Counted from the first letter of the stretch, positions 20,101 through 28,683 are shown. The stretch is DNA of 64,000 bases from an uncultured Anaerolineaceae bacterium (GCA_964548765.1 CAZJSU010000003.1:31965-95964), one strand, 5' to 3'. Made by a program: numbers and translations. The notes: generated from the sequence alone by a model not told the origin.

Positions 20101-20239
20101 CTGTATGCAGGCGCTTGGCCGCAGCGCCGATAACACGTGGTGGAAGGTGCATACCGTGAACGGAGAAATCGGCTGGATCAGCGCCTCGCTGGTGGAGGCA
20201 CGCGGCGATGTGGCTGACCTGCCCGTGCTAGAGGAATAG
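17111..20239 (+). CDS. Ser/Thr protein kinase fused to a TM helix, SH3b, a Pro/Thr-rich linker, a TolB-like beta-propeller and a C-terminal SH3b. An alternative GTG start lies at 17213.
   Basis: Kinase motifs GTGGMAAVY, HRDIKASN, DFGIA and GTPSYMPPE. The PD40/TolB repeats read PDGSQIAFASN..GNWGVYVMGSDG. SH3b-like segments flank the PT-rich region. Confidence 0.85.
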   Translation: MGTSVRLARQQGTYYTGHQQTSYPRSWNRRRACGVNINNLSGQKLGQYEIRDLLGTGGMAAVYRAYQPTLNREIAIKVLAPNLVGQQEYRSRFYREARTAAALEHAHIVPIHDFGSEGDISYVVMRLLTGGSLEQRINQRRAASQPLPALKEISRLLSQVASALDYAHSQGVIHRDIKASNIMFDQHGSAFIVDFGIARLLEVTSQMTNTGVTMGTPSYMPPEQWRSEEITPAVDQYALGVLIYILLTGDLPFKAATPYGLMHKHLHETPTPPQVLRAEVPAAVTDVLQRAMSKQPEDRYMTIRHFAEDFAAAISGTDEKSTQFFTYQMPVREVTPARAMSTLPDDAPTVTPVQFTPAPVLTPAPTGSTPRAWWGNPLLWVGGLAAALLVIVFALLLSNQRPPDDLERQLTQVVLNITQTALARGAEVVLAPPSATPTPTDEITEAALTAPTSENPPTATEVLSAPEARPLRAVTVREGPGTAYTEMTTLAAGDNVQVIGVSANGNWFQILLPDGREGWVAPSPLLLEFAGDLNGLPVVAAPEDTPTDTPFPTRTPAPTVTPSPSATATERVVAQAATVTRTPSPSSTPTATATPSPSSTPTATDTATDTPSPTASHTPTFTATVTATRTDTPAPTATPTQTASATPTDTPTTTPTLTATPSDTPTPTDRPAPTITPLPLAGNGQIVYMSRPGNQFDLYVMEANGSKPRPLVTGAGNKFIPSWFDYGRQVIFNVVRSAYGDQELVIVDANGENVCRITDNDIQERGAEVSPDNTLIAFGSDEDGTVEIWVMDFNDTTRRRRLTDLGAPLTIQPNWSPDGSQIAFASNLGGNWGVYVMGSDGTDVRRLTAEDVNAWHPAWSPDGTQIAFTGDLQENAAVYIMDADGGNIQHIADISVTFSQLTAGDAAWSPDGTKIAFTSLLTGDEEIMLVDLQSGTLTALTENTYDDRAPYWQPLYADPAPPAPRAPTVFVLGFERVNIRSAPTTSSLAVTTAGAATCMQALGRSADNTWWKVHTVNGEIGWISASLVEARGDVADLPVLEE

Positions 20240-20330
20240 CCCGGTGGCACACAATACTGCCCGCCTGATAGAGAAAAAAGGCGCAATTAAGCTAATCTGC
20301 ACAAATTCCCGGTCAATTCCTGCGAATGCC

Positions 20331-20359
20331 TTGACAAATTTTTTGGGACTCTCTATACT
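20331..20359 (+). promoter_or_regulatory. Consensus sigma70-type promoter: TTGACA, 17-nt spacer, TATACT.
   Basis: -35 TTGACA at 20331-20336 and -10 TATACT at 20354-20359, inside an AT-rich island spanning 20280-20420. Confidence 0.55.
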
Positions 20360-20365
20360 GAGAGC

Positions 20366-20441
20366 AAGATTAAATTTTGGTAAAAATACTCCAGCTTTTG
20401 CTAAAACATTTTTAACAAAACCCGCCACACGGCGGGTTTTG
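20366..20441 (+). ncRNA. Candidate ~75-nt small RNA, from the predicted TSS to the intrinsic terminator.
   Basis: No plausible ORF. It is bounded by a consensus promoter and a 9-bp GC stem (AAACCCGCC-ACAC-GGCGGGTTT) followed by a U tract. Confidence 0.35.
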
Positions 20442-20444
20442 GCT
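20418..20444 (+). terminator. Rho-independent terminator.
   Basis: aaacccgcc acac ggcgggtttt gg. Confidence 0.6.
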
Positions 20445-20486
20445 TGATTAAACCCCTGTCTCCATGTAAGATAAAACCTCGTATAA

Positions 20487-20622
20487 AGCTGTTGCTGGTC
20501 TACTCAGACCGGGTCCTATGCGGCAGGACCACCGAATCGCGTCAGGTCCGAGAGGAAGCAGCGCTAAGGTGTTTCTCCTGGGTGTCATGGGCAAGCCCGG
20601 CCTGAGTACACTGGCAGCAGCT
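20487..20622 (+). ncRNA. ffs: Signal recognition particle RNA (4.5S/ffs-like). Single extended hairpin with a conserved domain-IV motif.
   Basis: GTCAGGTCCGAGAGGAAGCAGC matches the universal bacterial SRP RNA motif GUCAGGUCCGGAAGGAAGCAGC, with a GNRA apical tetraloop (GAGA). The 5' arm agctgttgctggtctactcagaccggg pairs with the 3' arm cccggcctgagtacactggcagcagct. A candidate promoter TTGATT-17-TAAGAT lies at 20445-20473. Confidence 0.7.
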
Positions 20623-20653
20623 TTCTTATCAGTCCACTGAGGAAAAACATTCT

Positions 20654-22117
20654 GTGGCACTGAACCCACCCCCCTTTGAAGACGATACGCAACCTGTACT
20701 CATCATCCGCGACAACCGCCCACACCGGGCGCTGGTGCTGCTGGGGCTGGCGCTGGTCGTCGGGGTGGCCGCGCTGACGTGCGGCGTGGTCGCGTTCAAC
20801 TGGCTGGCGGAGCAGTCGAAAGCCCATCCGGTGACAGTCACGGCAGACGGCAGCACCCGCATCGCCATGACCTACGCGCGCACGGTCAGCGCCCTGCTCA
20901 GCGATATGAGCATCGCGCTTCTTGAAGGTGATATGGTGACACCGGCGCTCAACACGCCGATCACCGATGACCTGCACATTGAAGTGGTCAGGTCGCGCAG
21001 CGTGACGCTGACGGTGGACGGCCAGTCACGCATTTACCGCACCCATCTCACCAACCCGACAGACATCATGCACAGCGCCGGGCTAAGCCTTGCCGGCAAG
21101 GATCGCGTCTTTGTGGACGGCACGGAAGCCACGCAGGCAAGCCTGACAGACTGGCCTGTGCCAGCCAGCCAGATCACCATCCGGCGGGCGCTGACGGTGA
21201 CGATTGACGACGCTGGCCGCCAGCTTAGCGTCGAGACCACCAGCGACACGGTTGGCGAAGCGCTGTTCGACGCGGGCATCACCCTTTACGCGGCGGATAC
21301 CGTCACGCCGGAGTCGCATACGCCCCTCAGCGCGGACATGACGATTATGATTGAACGTTCGCGCCCGGTGACAATCATCGCCGACGGCGTGACGCTGGAA
21401 ACGCGCGTGGCAGGCGTAACAGTGGGCGACGCGCTGGCAAGCGCCGGGCTGGCGCTGGTGGGGCTGGATTACAGCGTGCCGGACACCGATGTGCGGGTGC
21501 GCGGCGGGATGCGTATCCGCGTGATCCGCGCGCGGGAGGAGGTGATCGTGGAGGAAACGGTACAGCCCTATGAAACCGTCTATCAGGCGGACGCTGGCCT
21601 CGAGCTTGACCAGATACAACTGGCGCAGGCGGGGCAGAACGGCGTGATCCAGACCAGTATTCGTGTGCGTTATGAAAACGGCATCGAGATCAGCCGGACG
21701 GTTGAAGACACGCGCGTGGCGCAGGAAGCCATGAACGAGGTGATCGCTTACGGCACCAACGTCGTGCTGCGCAGCATAGACACGCCCGAAGGCCCGCGCC
21801 AGTATTGGCGGCGCATCCGCATGTACGCCACCAGCTACCACCCGGCGGCGCTGGGCGGCGACAACATCACCGCGACAGGCGACACCCTTCGAAAAGGCAT
21901 TGTCGGCTCTAACCCGGACGTGCTGCCTTACGGCACCGAGGTCTATGTGCCGGGGTACGGCATCGGCAAAATGGCGGATACGGGCGCGCTCACCCGGCGG
22001 CTGCGGATTGATCTGGGCTACTCCGATGAGGACTGGGTATCGTGGTCGCGCTGGGTGGATGTGTACCTGCTCGCGCCTGTCCCGGCACAGATTGATTACA
22101 TCCTGCCGAGTGAGTGA
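20654..22117 (+). CDS. YabE-like cell-wall-associated protein: N-terminal TM helix, DUF348-type and G5-like repeats, and a C-terminal 3D (MltA-like) domain.
   Basis: C-terminal YATSYHP...GDNITATGDTL..GIVGSNPDVLPYGTEVYVPGYGIGKMADTG is the 3D-domain signature. GTG start with a TGAGGA SD. Confidence 0.75.
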   Translation: MALNPPPFEDDTQPVLIIRDNRPHRALVLLGLALVVGVAALTCGVVAFNWLAEQSKAHPVTVTADGSTRIAMTYARTVSALLSDMSIALLEGDMVTPALNTPITDDLHIEVVRSRSVTLTVDGQSRIYRTHLTNPTDIMHSAGLSLAGKDRVFVDGTEATQASLTDWPVPASQITIRRALTVTIDDAGRQLSVETTSDTVGEALFDAGITLYAADTVTPESHTPLSADMTIMIERSRPVTIIADGVTLETRVAGVTVGDALASAGLALVGLDYSVPDTDVRVRGGMRIRVIRAREEVIVEETVQPYETVYQADAGLELDQIQLAQAGQNGVIQTSIRVRYENGIEISRTVEDTRVAQEAMNEVIAYGTNVVLRSIDTPEGPRQYWRRIRMYATSYHPAALGGDNITATGDTLRKGIVGSNPDVLPYGTEVYVPGYGIGKMADTGALTRRLRIDLGYSDEDWVSWSRWVDVYLLAPVPAQIDYILPSE

Positions 22118-22220
22118 GTTTGAACCGCCAGCACACGAAGGCACAGAGCGATTGTTAGCTTTTCTTTGTGATCTCTGTGCTTTAAATATTTCGTCCAATA
22201 AGTCCCGGAGGTCAGCGAAA

Positions 22221-23045
22221 ATGAACCCTAAAGCCCTGCTCGACGAATACGAGATTGCCCCGAAGAAAAGCCTGGGGCAAAATTTTTTGCATGACCCCGG
22301 CGCGCTGGAAAAAATCGCCGCCAGCGCGGAACTGACCCCTAACGACACCGTGCTTGAGATCGGCCCCGGCACGGGCGCGTTGACAGAGCATCTGGCGGCG
22401 GTGGCGAAGCGCGTGATCTGCATAGAGGTGGACGAGCGGCTGAAGCCTGTGCTGGACGATCAGCTTGCGCCGTACCCTAACGTGTGGGTGATCTATCAGG
22501 ACATCCTTACCGTGAACGTACCAGCGCTCATCTGGCCGGATGAATACGTGGTGGTCGCCAACCTGCCCTATTACATCACCACGCCGATCCTCAGCCAGCT
22601 TTTAGAGGCCGACCACAAGCCGCGCCGTCTGGTGCTGACGGTGCAGTGGGAAGTGGCGGAGCGCATGGTCGCCACGCCGGACGACATGAACCAACTGGCG
22701 GTGGGCATTCAGTATTTTGGCAGGACGCGCATCATCAACCGCCTGAAGCCCGCGACCTTCTGGCCGCGCCCGAATGTGGACAGCGCGGTGGTGCGCGTGG
22801 ACGTGTACGACGAGCCGCCTGTCAGCGTCCCGGACGAGAAAACGTTCTTCAGGGTGGTCAAAGCCGGCTTCAGCCAGAAGCGCAAGCAGTTGAAGAACTC
22901 GCTCGGCGGCGGGCTGGGCATCAAGACCGAGGAAGCCACCATGCTGCTGGAACAATCGGACATTGACCCACGCCGCCGCGCCGAGACGCTGACGCTGGAA
23001 GAATGGGCGGCGCTGGCGCACACCCTCGCCGCGCAAAGAAGCTAA
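22221..23045 (+). CDS. rsmA: 16S rRNA (adenine1518/1519-N6)-dimethyltransferase. The start is MNPKALLDEY; the track ORF starts further upstream.
   Basis: KSLGQNFLHDPGALEKI and LEIGPGTGALT SAM-binding motifs, with a GGAGG SD before the ATG at 22221. Confidence 0.9.
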   Translation: MNPKALLDEYEIAPKKSLGQNFLHDPGALEKIAASAELTPNDTVLEIGPGTGALTEHLAAVAKRVICIEVDERLKPVLDDQLAPYPNVWVIYQDILTVNVPALIWPDEYVVVANLPYYITTPILSQLLEADHKPRRLVLTVQWEVAERMVATPDDMNQLAVGIQYFGRTRIINRLKPATFWPRPNVDSAVVRVDVYDEPPVSVPDEKTFFRVVKAGFSQKRKQLKNSLGGGLGIKTEEATMLLEQSDIDPRRRAETLTLEEWAALAHTLAAQRS

Positions 23046-23214
23046 AACGTGCAACCGTGTCTGTACTTTTGACGTATATTTAATGATAGACTAGGGGTTG
23101 TTGGTTGACGTTTTGTGTTTGGGGCCATGGACGCGCCGTTGCGCGTCCCTACGGATGATGTAAATTCAGCAGGGCGGCTTTTCGCCCCGCCGATTAACTG
23201 ACAGGCTTATTGAG

Positions 23215-23997
23215 ATGCGAATTCGACGACGAAATCTGGCGTGGTTAAGTGTGCTGGCGGTGCTGATCGGGGTAGTGTTCCTCTCCGGGGCGGCCTCGCT
23301 GCCGGTGATGGCGACGCTGGCCGCGCTGTGGCTGGTAGCGCTGGCGGCCTCGGTGCTGGAGGTGCAGCCGACGGCTGTGCTGGAAAATGTCCGTAGTTCC
23401 CCGCTGAAGCGAATGCGGATGAGCGCCGAAGCGCGCGAGGCCACCGAACGCGCCCAACGGCGCAGCGGCTCGTACTTCTACAGCGACACAACGCTGATTG
23501 ACATCGGGCTTATCAGCGCGCACTCCAGCCCGGAAGGCATGGTCATGCGAAAGAGCCGCACCATCAGCGGCGACGACGATGGCGTGCGCCCGTTTGTCAC
23601 GCTGCATGTAGACCCCAGCGCTGCCGAGCGTCATGCCACCATCCGCTTCGAGATCACCGATCACAACGGACGGCAGCAGTATGTGCATGAGATGAAAACC
23701 TACCTGCGCGACGGCGAGATGAACATTCTGGCCGACCATCATCTGCCGCTGGTGACGAATGAGATGATCGGACAGGGGGGCGAGTGGGACCTGCGCGTGG
23801 TGGTGGATGGCGCGCTGGCGGGGCTGCTGTCCTTTCATGTCACCCCGTCGCTGTACCAGCGTGAGCGCAGCCTTGCCCGGCGCGCGCGTCTGGAAGAAGT
23901 CGAGCCGGAAGATGAAGCGCCGTTAAGTCTGGAAGACCTCATGCGTAACCAGCGCCGCGACCAGCGCGGCAGCAGTTCTCGTCAGGAGTCACGCTGA
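23215..23997 (+). CDS. Hypothetical membrane-anchored protein, paralog A.
   Basis: Two N-terminal TM helices, then a conserved domain and a charged C-terminal tail ending LSLEDLMRNQRRDQR. Its stop overlaps the next start (TGATGA). Confidence 0.6.
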   Translation: MRIRRRNLAWLSVLAVLIGVVFLSGAASLPVMATLAALWLVALAASVLEVQPTAVLENVRSSPLKRMRMSAEAREATERAQRRSGSYFYSDTTLIDIGLISAHSSPEGMVMRKSRTISGDDDGVRPFVTLHVDPSAAERHATIRFEITDHNGRQQYVHEMKTYLRDGEMNILADHHLPLVTNEMIGQGGEWDLRVVVDGALAGLLSFHVTPSLYQRERSLARRARLEEVEPEDEAPLSLEDLMRNQRRDQRGSSSRQESR

Positions 23998-24809
23998 TGA
24001 ACCGCCGTTTTTCAGAAATTGCTCTGGGATTAATCCTGCTGCTTATCGGCGCGGCAGCGCTGGGGGCTGACGGCGGAATCTTCATGACGCTGTTGGTGCT
24101 GGGCGGCATCTACATGCTGGTGCGCCAGTTTGACGGGCGGCGGATGCCCTGGGACAGCGGCTTTGACTCCGCCAGCACCTCGCGCCCCATCCCGCGCGGG
24201 CAGGTGCGTTTCGAGGATGATGAAGACCACGCCGGGCGTGACCGCATTTATACCCATGCGCTGCGCGCGGTAGAAGAAGCCGGGCTGGACCCGGAGAGCG
24301 TCAAGGTGCTGGCGACGGACATCGGCGTGATGGCCTTCAAGAGCGATGATGACCCGATGATCTACCGCACGCGCCCGGTGCTGGATGACATTGACTACCT
24401 GCAACCCTTCGTGCAACTGCGCCTGCCGCAGAAAGCCGTAGGCCGCATCCGCTTTGAGGTGCTGGATAGTGACGGGCAGGTGATCTTCATTCACGAAGAC
24501 CGTCACCAACTGGAACGCGGGCGCAACCTTATCACCCCGGCGGCGCGGCTGCCCGTGCATGACGCACAGGCCATGCACGACGACTGGGAACTGCGCGTGA
24601 GCGCCGACGGCGTGCTGCTGGCGACCCATTACTTTGAATGGGAAGAAAGCACGACAAAGGTGGTGCGCCGCCACCTGAGCGAGGACGGCGAGATCAGCAG
24701 TGAGCTGCGCGCGACGATGGCCGAAAGCCGCCTGCAAAAGCTCAGTCTGGACGACCTGCTGGCCGAGCAGGAAGACGAAGAGCCACAGCCGCGCCAGCAG
24801 CGGCGTTAA
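23997..24809 (+). CDS. Hypothetical membrane-anchored protein, paralog B.
   Basis: The architecture and C-terminal motif (LSLDDLLAEQEDEE) are shared with the upstream gene. Confidence 0.6.
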   Translation: MNRRFSEIALGLILLLIGAAALGADGGIFMTLLVLGGIYMLVRQFDGRRMPWDSGFDSASTSRPIPRGQVRFEDDEDHAGRDRIYTHALRAVEEAGLDPESVKVLATDIGVMAFKSDDDPMIYRTRPVLDDIDYLQPFVQLRLPQKAVGRIRFEVLDSDGQVIFIHEDRHQLERGRNLITPAARLPVHDAQAMHDDWELRVSADGVLLATHYFEWEESTTKVVRRHLSEDGEISSELRATMAESRLQKLSLDDLLAEQEDEEPQPRQQRR

Positions 24810-24934
24810 CCAGAATCAGCATCGCCTTGTGGGTTAATCTTAGAAACGCCTAAAAGTTTCGGCTCGCCTTACGCGGTCACGCGCGTTTGATTTGTGGGGG
24901 GTTTGTTTCTTTGTTACCATAGCCATTAAGGATG

Positions 24935-25010
24935 GTATTGGCGAATTCATTTTCGTAAGGGGCGAAGCGGTGTTTCGCCCCTACGGTACGGATATGATCG
25001 TTTTATGAGT
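24935..25010. repeat. ~85-bp composite palindromic repeat (GGCGAATTCATTTTCGTAGGGGCGAAGCGGTGTTTCGCCCCTACGG..TATGATCGTTTTATG). Other copies lie at 33740-33835 and, inverted, at 51510-51600.
   Basis: Three near-identical copies were found by direct comparison. Confidence 0.7.
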
Positions 25011-25074
25011 GAGCCAACGGCATCATTAAGGCATGTCGTTACCAGACAGGGCGAAAGATACGGAGTAACAGGCA

Positions 25075-25668
25075 ATGACTTCAGAGCATGTGGTAAGAAC
25101 CGAAAGCGGGCGGCGCATCGAAGACCCGCCGTTGGCGAAGTTCCTCTTTAGCGATACGCGCATGGCCCCGGTATGGCTGGTCGTGCGGGTGCTGGTCGGG
25201 CTTAGCTGGCTCACCTCTGGCTGGGGCAAGCTGCAAAACCCGGCATGGATGGAGACCGGCGCGGCGCTGCGGGGCTTCTGGGAGAGCGCTGTCGCCGTCC
25301 CTGAAGGGGGCAGGCCAGCCATTGCTTTCGACTGGTATCGCGGCTTTATTCAAGGCCTGCTGGACACCGAGGCTTATGTCTGGTTCGCCAAGCTGATCTC
25401 GGTTGGCGAGACGCTGATCGGTATTGCTCTGATTTTGGGCGCGTTTGTCGGCATCGCGGCGTTCTTCGGCGCGTTCATGAACTGGAACTTCATCATGGCT
25501 GGCACGGCCAGCACCAACGCCCTGCTGGGACTGGGGGCGCTGCTGCTCATTCTGGCGTGGAAGGTGGCGGGCTGGTGGGGGCTGGATCGCTGGCTGCTGC
25601 CCCGGTTGGGGACACCCTGGACATGGCGGGAGGAAGACCAACCCGAACAGGTCGCCAGAACGACATAG
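25075..25668 (+). CDS. DoxX-family membrane protein.
   Basis: 197 aa with four predicted TM helices and a DoxX-like N-terminus (WLVVRVLVGLSWLTSGWGKL). Confidence 0.7.
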   Translation: MTSEHVVRTESGRRIEDPPLAKFLFSDTRMAPVWLVVRVLVGLSWLTSGWGKLQNPAWMETGAALRGFWESAVAVPEGGRPAIAFDWYRGFIQGLLDTEAYVWFAKLISVGETLIGIALILGAFVGIAAFFGAFMNWNFIMAGTASTNALLGLGALLLILAWKVAGWWGLDRWLLPRLGTPWTWREEDQPEQVARTT

Positions 25669-25677
25669 CTGCTGGAA

Positions 25678-25712
25678 TCAAAAAAGCGCCCCGCTTATGG
25701 GGCGCTTTTGGG
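25678..25712. terminator. Bidirectional intrinsic terminator between the convergent DoxX and holin-like genes.
   Basis: aaaaagcgcccc gcttat ggggcgcttttgg. Confidence 0.6.
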
Positions 25713-26028
25713 TTAAAGCTGTTCGCTCACCTCGTCCACGATGCCGTTGAGCGCGTCCTTGACCAGATCGGGCATTTCCTGCGGCGGCTGCGCGGCGCGT
25801 TCCCGCGCGGCTCTGGCCGCGTCCTCCACCGAATAACCGCCAATCAACGCCAGCGCCAGCGTAATGATGAGGGTGAGAATCTCGCCCTGTACAGGCTGCA
25901 ACGACGGCACGGCCAGCGTCAGCACGCCGACGACCAGCGCGCACAACGCCACCATCACCCGGCGCGACTTGAGCGCCAGCAGCAGCGGATCCAGCACCGG
26001 GCGACGCAGTGATTTATCGTTGTCCATG
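25713..26028 (-). CDS. Small two-TM protein, holin-like. The likely start MDNDKS is at 26028; the track ORF is longer.
   Basis: Perfect AGGAGG SD before the ATG at 26028. It has two hydrophobic helices and a charged C-terminus, and sits at the end of the phage-like gene string. Confidence 0.45.
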
Positions 26029-26070
26029 TGTTCCTCCTTTGTTCCAGCAATGAGTGTTTGTTTGCGGCGT

Positions 26071-26451
26071 TTATGCCTCGCCGCGCAGGTCGGCAATTTC
26101 CTGCTCCAGCCACGCGACCTTACGCGCCAGCAGCGCGATCTCTGGCGCAAGCTGGTCAAAAACCGCCGGGTCGAGGTCGCTGCCGCGATACTGCTCGCGC
26201 GCCCGCTGCAAGCGCGCCCGGCGCTGCTGTTCGGCCTGCTGGCGTGTGCTGAACTGCGTCGGGTCATGGCGGCTCACCATGCCGCGCGCCTGACCGATGA
26301 CCTCTGGCGGCGTGTTTTCGGCCACGTGCAGCACCACCCGGCCACTGCCTGTCGTGAGGCCGGCGAAGCCTTCGCCGAGCGCGGTTCGCAGCGTCTCGTC
26401 CAGCGCCTCCACGTTCACGCGACCGTGAAACTCGATGACAATATCCAGCAT
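26071..26451 (-). CDS. Hypothetical phage-associated protein.
   Basis: 126-aa ORF, tightly linked to its neighbours. Confidence 0.45.
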   Translation of the reverse strand: MLDIVIEFHGRVNVEALDETLRTALGEGFAGLTTGSGRVVLHVAENTPPEVIGQARGMVSRHDPTQFSTRQQAEQQRRARLQRAREQYRGSDLDPAVFDQLAPEIALLARKVAWLEQEIADLRGEA

Positions 26452-26454
26452 GAT

Positions 26455-26970
26455 TTACACCTCCCTCGCCCAGAACATGGGATGCACATCAAAGGATGAA
26501 GTCCCCGCGCCTGCATAGAGCGTGGCCGTGCCGCCGCTCACCTTCCACATCAGGCGGAAGGTCTGGCTGCCCGCCGGGACACCGGTAATCAGGTAGGTGA
26601 ACGAACAGGGGTACAGGCTGCCGCTCGTCTGGCGGCGACAGACCACAATGCCATCGTCACCCCCCACGCGGCCAGCCCCCGCCCGCACAACATCAAGGTA
26701 AACAAGATTTGTCCCAGTCACCTCCACTGTGCCAGAGAAGCCCACCAACACATTCCCGCCGACAACATCCAGCGTTGCCCCAACGAGGATGTCCGCAATG
26801 ACAAAGCTGGTGCTGGTCGTGCTGTAATCCGCGCCCTCGTCCAGCTTCCTAAAGCCCATCGGCGGGTTTTTAAGCCACTCCATATTGTCGCGCACCTGTT
26901 CGTTCAGGTCCCCGGCAGTAACCAGTTGGTTGACCGTCCATGTTGCGGGCGGTGTCCATATTGCTGGCAT
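26455..26970 (-). CDS. Hypothetical beta-rich protein, possibly a tail fiber or receptor-binding module.
   Basis: 171 aa with an AGGAGG SD. Gly/Thr/Val-rich beta-strand-like composition. Confidence 0.45.
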   Translation of the reverse strand: MPAIWTPPATWTVNQLVTAGDLNEQVRDNMEWLKNPPMGFRKLDEGADYSTTSTSFVIADILVGATLDVVGGNVLVGFSGTVEVTGTNLVYLDVVRAGAGRVGGDDGIVVCRRQTSGSLYPCSFTYLITGVPAGSQTFRLMWKVSGGTATLYAGAGTSSFDVHPMFWAREV

Positions 26971-27135
26971 AAAATCGTTCCTCCTTATTAACGGTTGTCT
27001 GTCTCATGGACGCGCTGTTGCGCGTCCCTACGAAATGCGCGTTATGAACTTCGTGCAGATCATGAGGCTGTTTCTCCCCTCAACCCCGACCCTTCTCTCC
27101 CACAGGGACGCTACGGGGTGCGGGGGAAAATGCCT

Positions 27136-28683
27136 CTAATACGCCAGCACGGTTTCCATATCCAGACGGTGCTGGCCGAGCAGCCAGAAGGTATTGGCGC
27201 TGGCGCTTTCCAGCGTCCATGTGACGTGATGGCGCGCGCCGCCATGATCCACGCGGTGCGCTTCGGCCACGATGAAGTAAGCGGCGCTGTGGGCGGTCTG
27301 CGTTTCGGTGAGGGTGATACGGTCGAACAGGGTCAGCGCCAGCGCCGCCTGTGGGTGGAGGTGCGCGTCCAGCGTGAGCGCCCGCGCCACGCCGCGCGGC
27401 TTCTCGCGCCGCGCCAGCTCGAACCGCGCGATCTGGTCGGCCTGTTCGATGGAATCCAGCGCGGGCAGGTCAAGGCTGACGGTGCTGGAGCCGTAAAACG
27501 CCTGCGCGTACAGGCTGGTCTGCTCCACCGTGACCGGGTCGCCGTGAAGCACGGGTGTACCACGCAGTTCCAGACCGGGCAGCACGAAAACATCACGACG
27601 GCTGGCGTTGCGGATCTCCAGCACCGCCGCGCTGAAACTCGCCTCAATCACGCTGATCGTCACCCGCGCGGTCAGGTCGTTCCCCGCCCCATCCGCCTGT
27701 GTGTTGACCTGATAATCCACCCCCGGCATGATCTGCGTCAGGCTGAGCGCGCCGACAGGGCGCTTGTCCTCATCCCGAAAGCGGGCGATAAGCCGCTGTG
27801 TGGATGCCGCAGACACCGCCTGCGCGTTTTCCAGCCGCCACAGCACCGACCCCTGAGCGCCAATGCTGCGCGGAATCAGGTTGACCTGTACGCGGCTGAC
27901 GACTTCTTCGCCGTAAGCGTAATGCAGGCCGCGCATATCATCGCTGAAGGCCGCCTGCGCGTGGGTATCCAGCAGCAGGTGATGGCGGTTATAAAACACC
28001 GCTTCGCCCGCGCGGTTGATGAGGAAGCGCCCGCGCTCGGCCTCGGCCATTTCGCCAATCGCCGCGCTGGCCGCGATGCCTGTGTGCCACGTGTCGCCGA
28101 CATAAGCGAAGGTGGAACGGCCTGCTTCCAGCGACCGGGGGATGGTGATGTCTGGCAGGCGGGTACTGGTGCCAAGTTCGCTGTACCCGGCCAGCCCCAA
28201 AACCCAGCGGCCAGCCAGTACCCGACGGCGCAGCGGGGCCGCGTCCAGCACGGCGTTGATGACCTGATCGGCGCGCTGGCCGACCTGCGGCGGCAGGCGG
28301 ACGCGGTGCTGGCTCAACTGTGCTTCCGCGCCCTGCGCGTGGATCACGGCGCTGCGCTGCCCCTGATCGCCCGCCAGCGGCTCGACCCGCTGGATCATGC
28401 CGGTAAAGTGGACGCGCTCTGTCACGCCATCGTGACTCCTGATCTGTAACGTCCTGCCGGGCTGCAAGGGGGAGACACTTGCCTCTGGCGAAAAGCGGCG
28501 GCTCTGGTTACGCAGGGTGACGGTCGCTGTCGAAAGCGCGGCCATGCTGTCGTAAGGCTGTGCCAGCCCCAGCCGCCATTCCAGCGCGATAACCACCTGC
28601 GTGAAGTCGTCGCCGTCAAAGTCGCCCCAGCCGATCACGCCGTCATCATCGCCATCCACGCCGACCGAATAGGTGATCGCCAT
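27136..28683 (-). CDS. Phage tail-like protein, candidate distal-tail or baseplate component.
   Basis: 515 aa. The call rests on size and position between small phage-like ORFs. Similarity was not verified. Confidence 0.4.
   Translation of the reverse strand: MAITYSVGVDGDDDGVIGWGDFDGDDFTQVVIALEWRLGLAQPYDSMAALSTATVTLRNQSRRFSPEASVSPLQPGRTLQIRSHDGVTERVHFTGMIQRVEPLAGDQGQRSAVIHAQGAEAQLSQHRVRLPPQVGQRADQVINAVLDAAPLRRRVLAGRWVLGLAGYSELGTSTRLPDITIPRSLEAGRSTFAYVGDTWHTGIAASAAIGEMAEAERGRFLINRAGEAVFYNRHHLLLDTHAQAAFSDDMRGLHYAYGEEVVSRVQVNLIPRSIGAQGSVLWRLENAQAVSAASTQRLIARFRDEDKRPVGALSLTQIMPGVDYQVNTQADGAGNDLTARVTISVIEASFSAAVLEIRNASRRDVFVLPGLELRGTPVLHGDPVTVEQTSLYAQAFYGSSTVSLDLPALDSIEQADQIARFELARREKPRGVARALTLDAHLHPQAALALTLFDRITLTETQTAHSAAYFIVAEAHRVDHGGARHHVTWTLESASANTFWLLGQHRLDMETVLAY

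Noticed and set aside
20244-20447. 67-aa ORF in the AT-rich island.
   Set aside because: It spans the promoter, transcript and terminator hairpin, has a Lys/Leu/Ile-rich composition typical of AT-rich non-coding DNA, and has no RBS.
20440-20653. A c-di-AMP (ydaO-type) riboswitch leader upstream of the 3D-domain cell-wall gene.
   Set aside because: The conserved core in this leader matches the SRP RNA domain-IV consensus far better (GTCAGGTCCGAGAGGAAGCAGC), and the flanks form the single long SRP hairpin.
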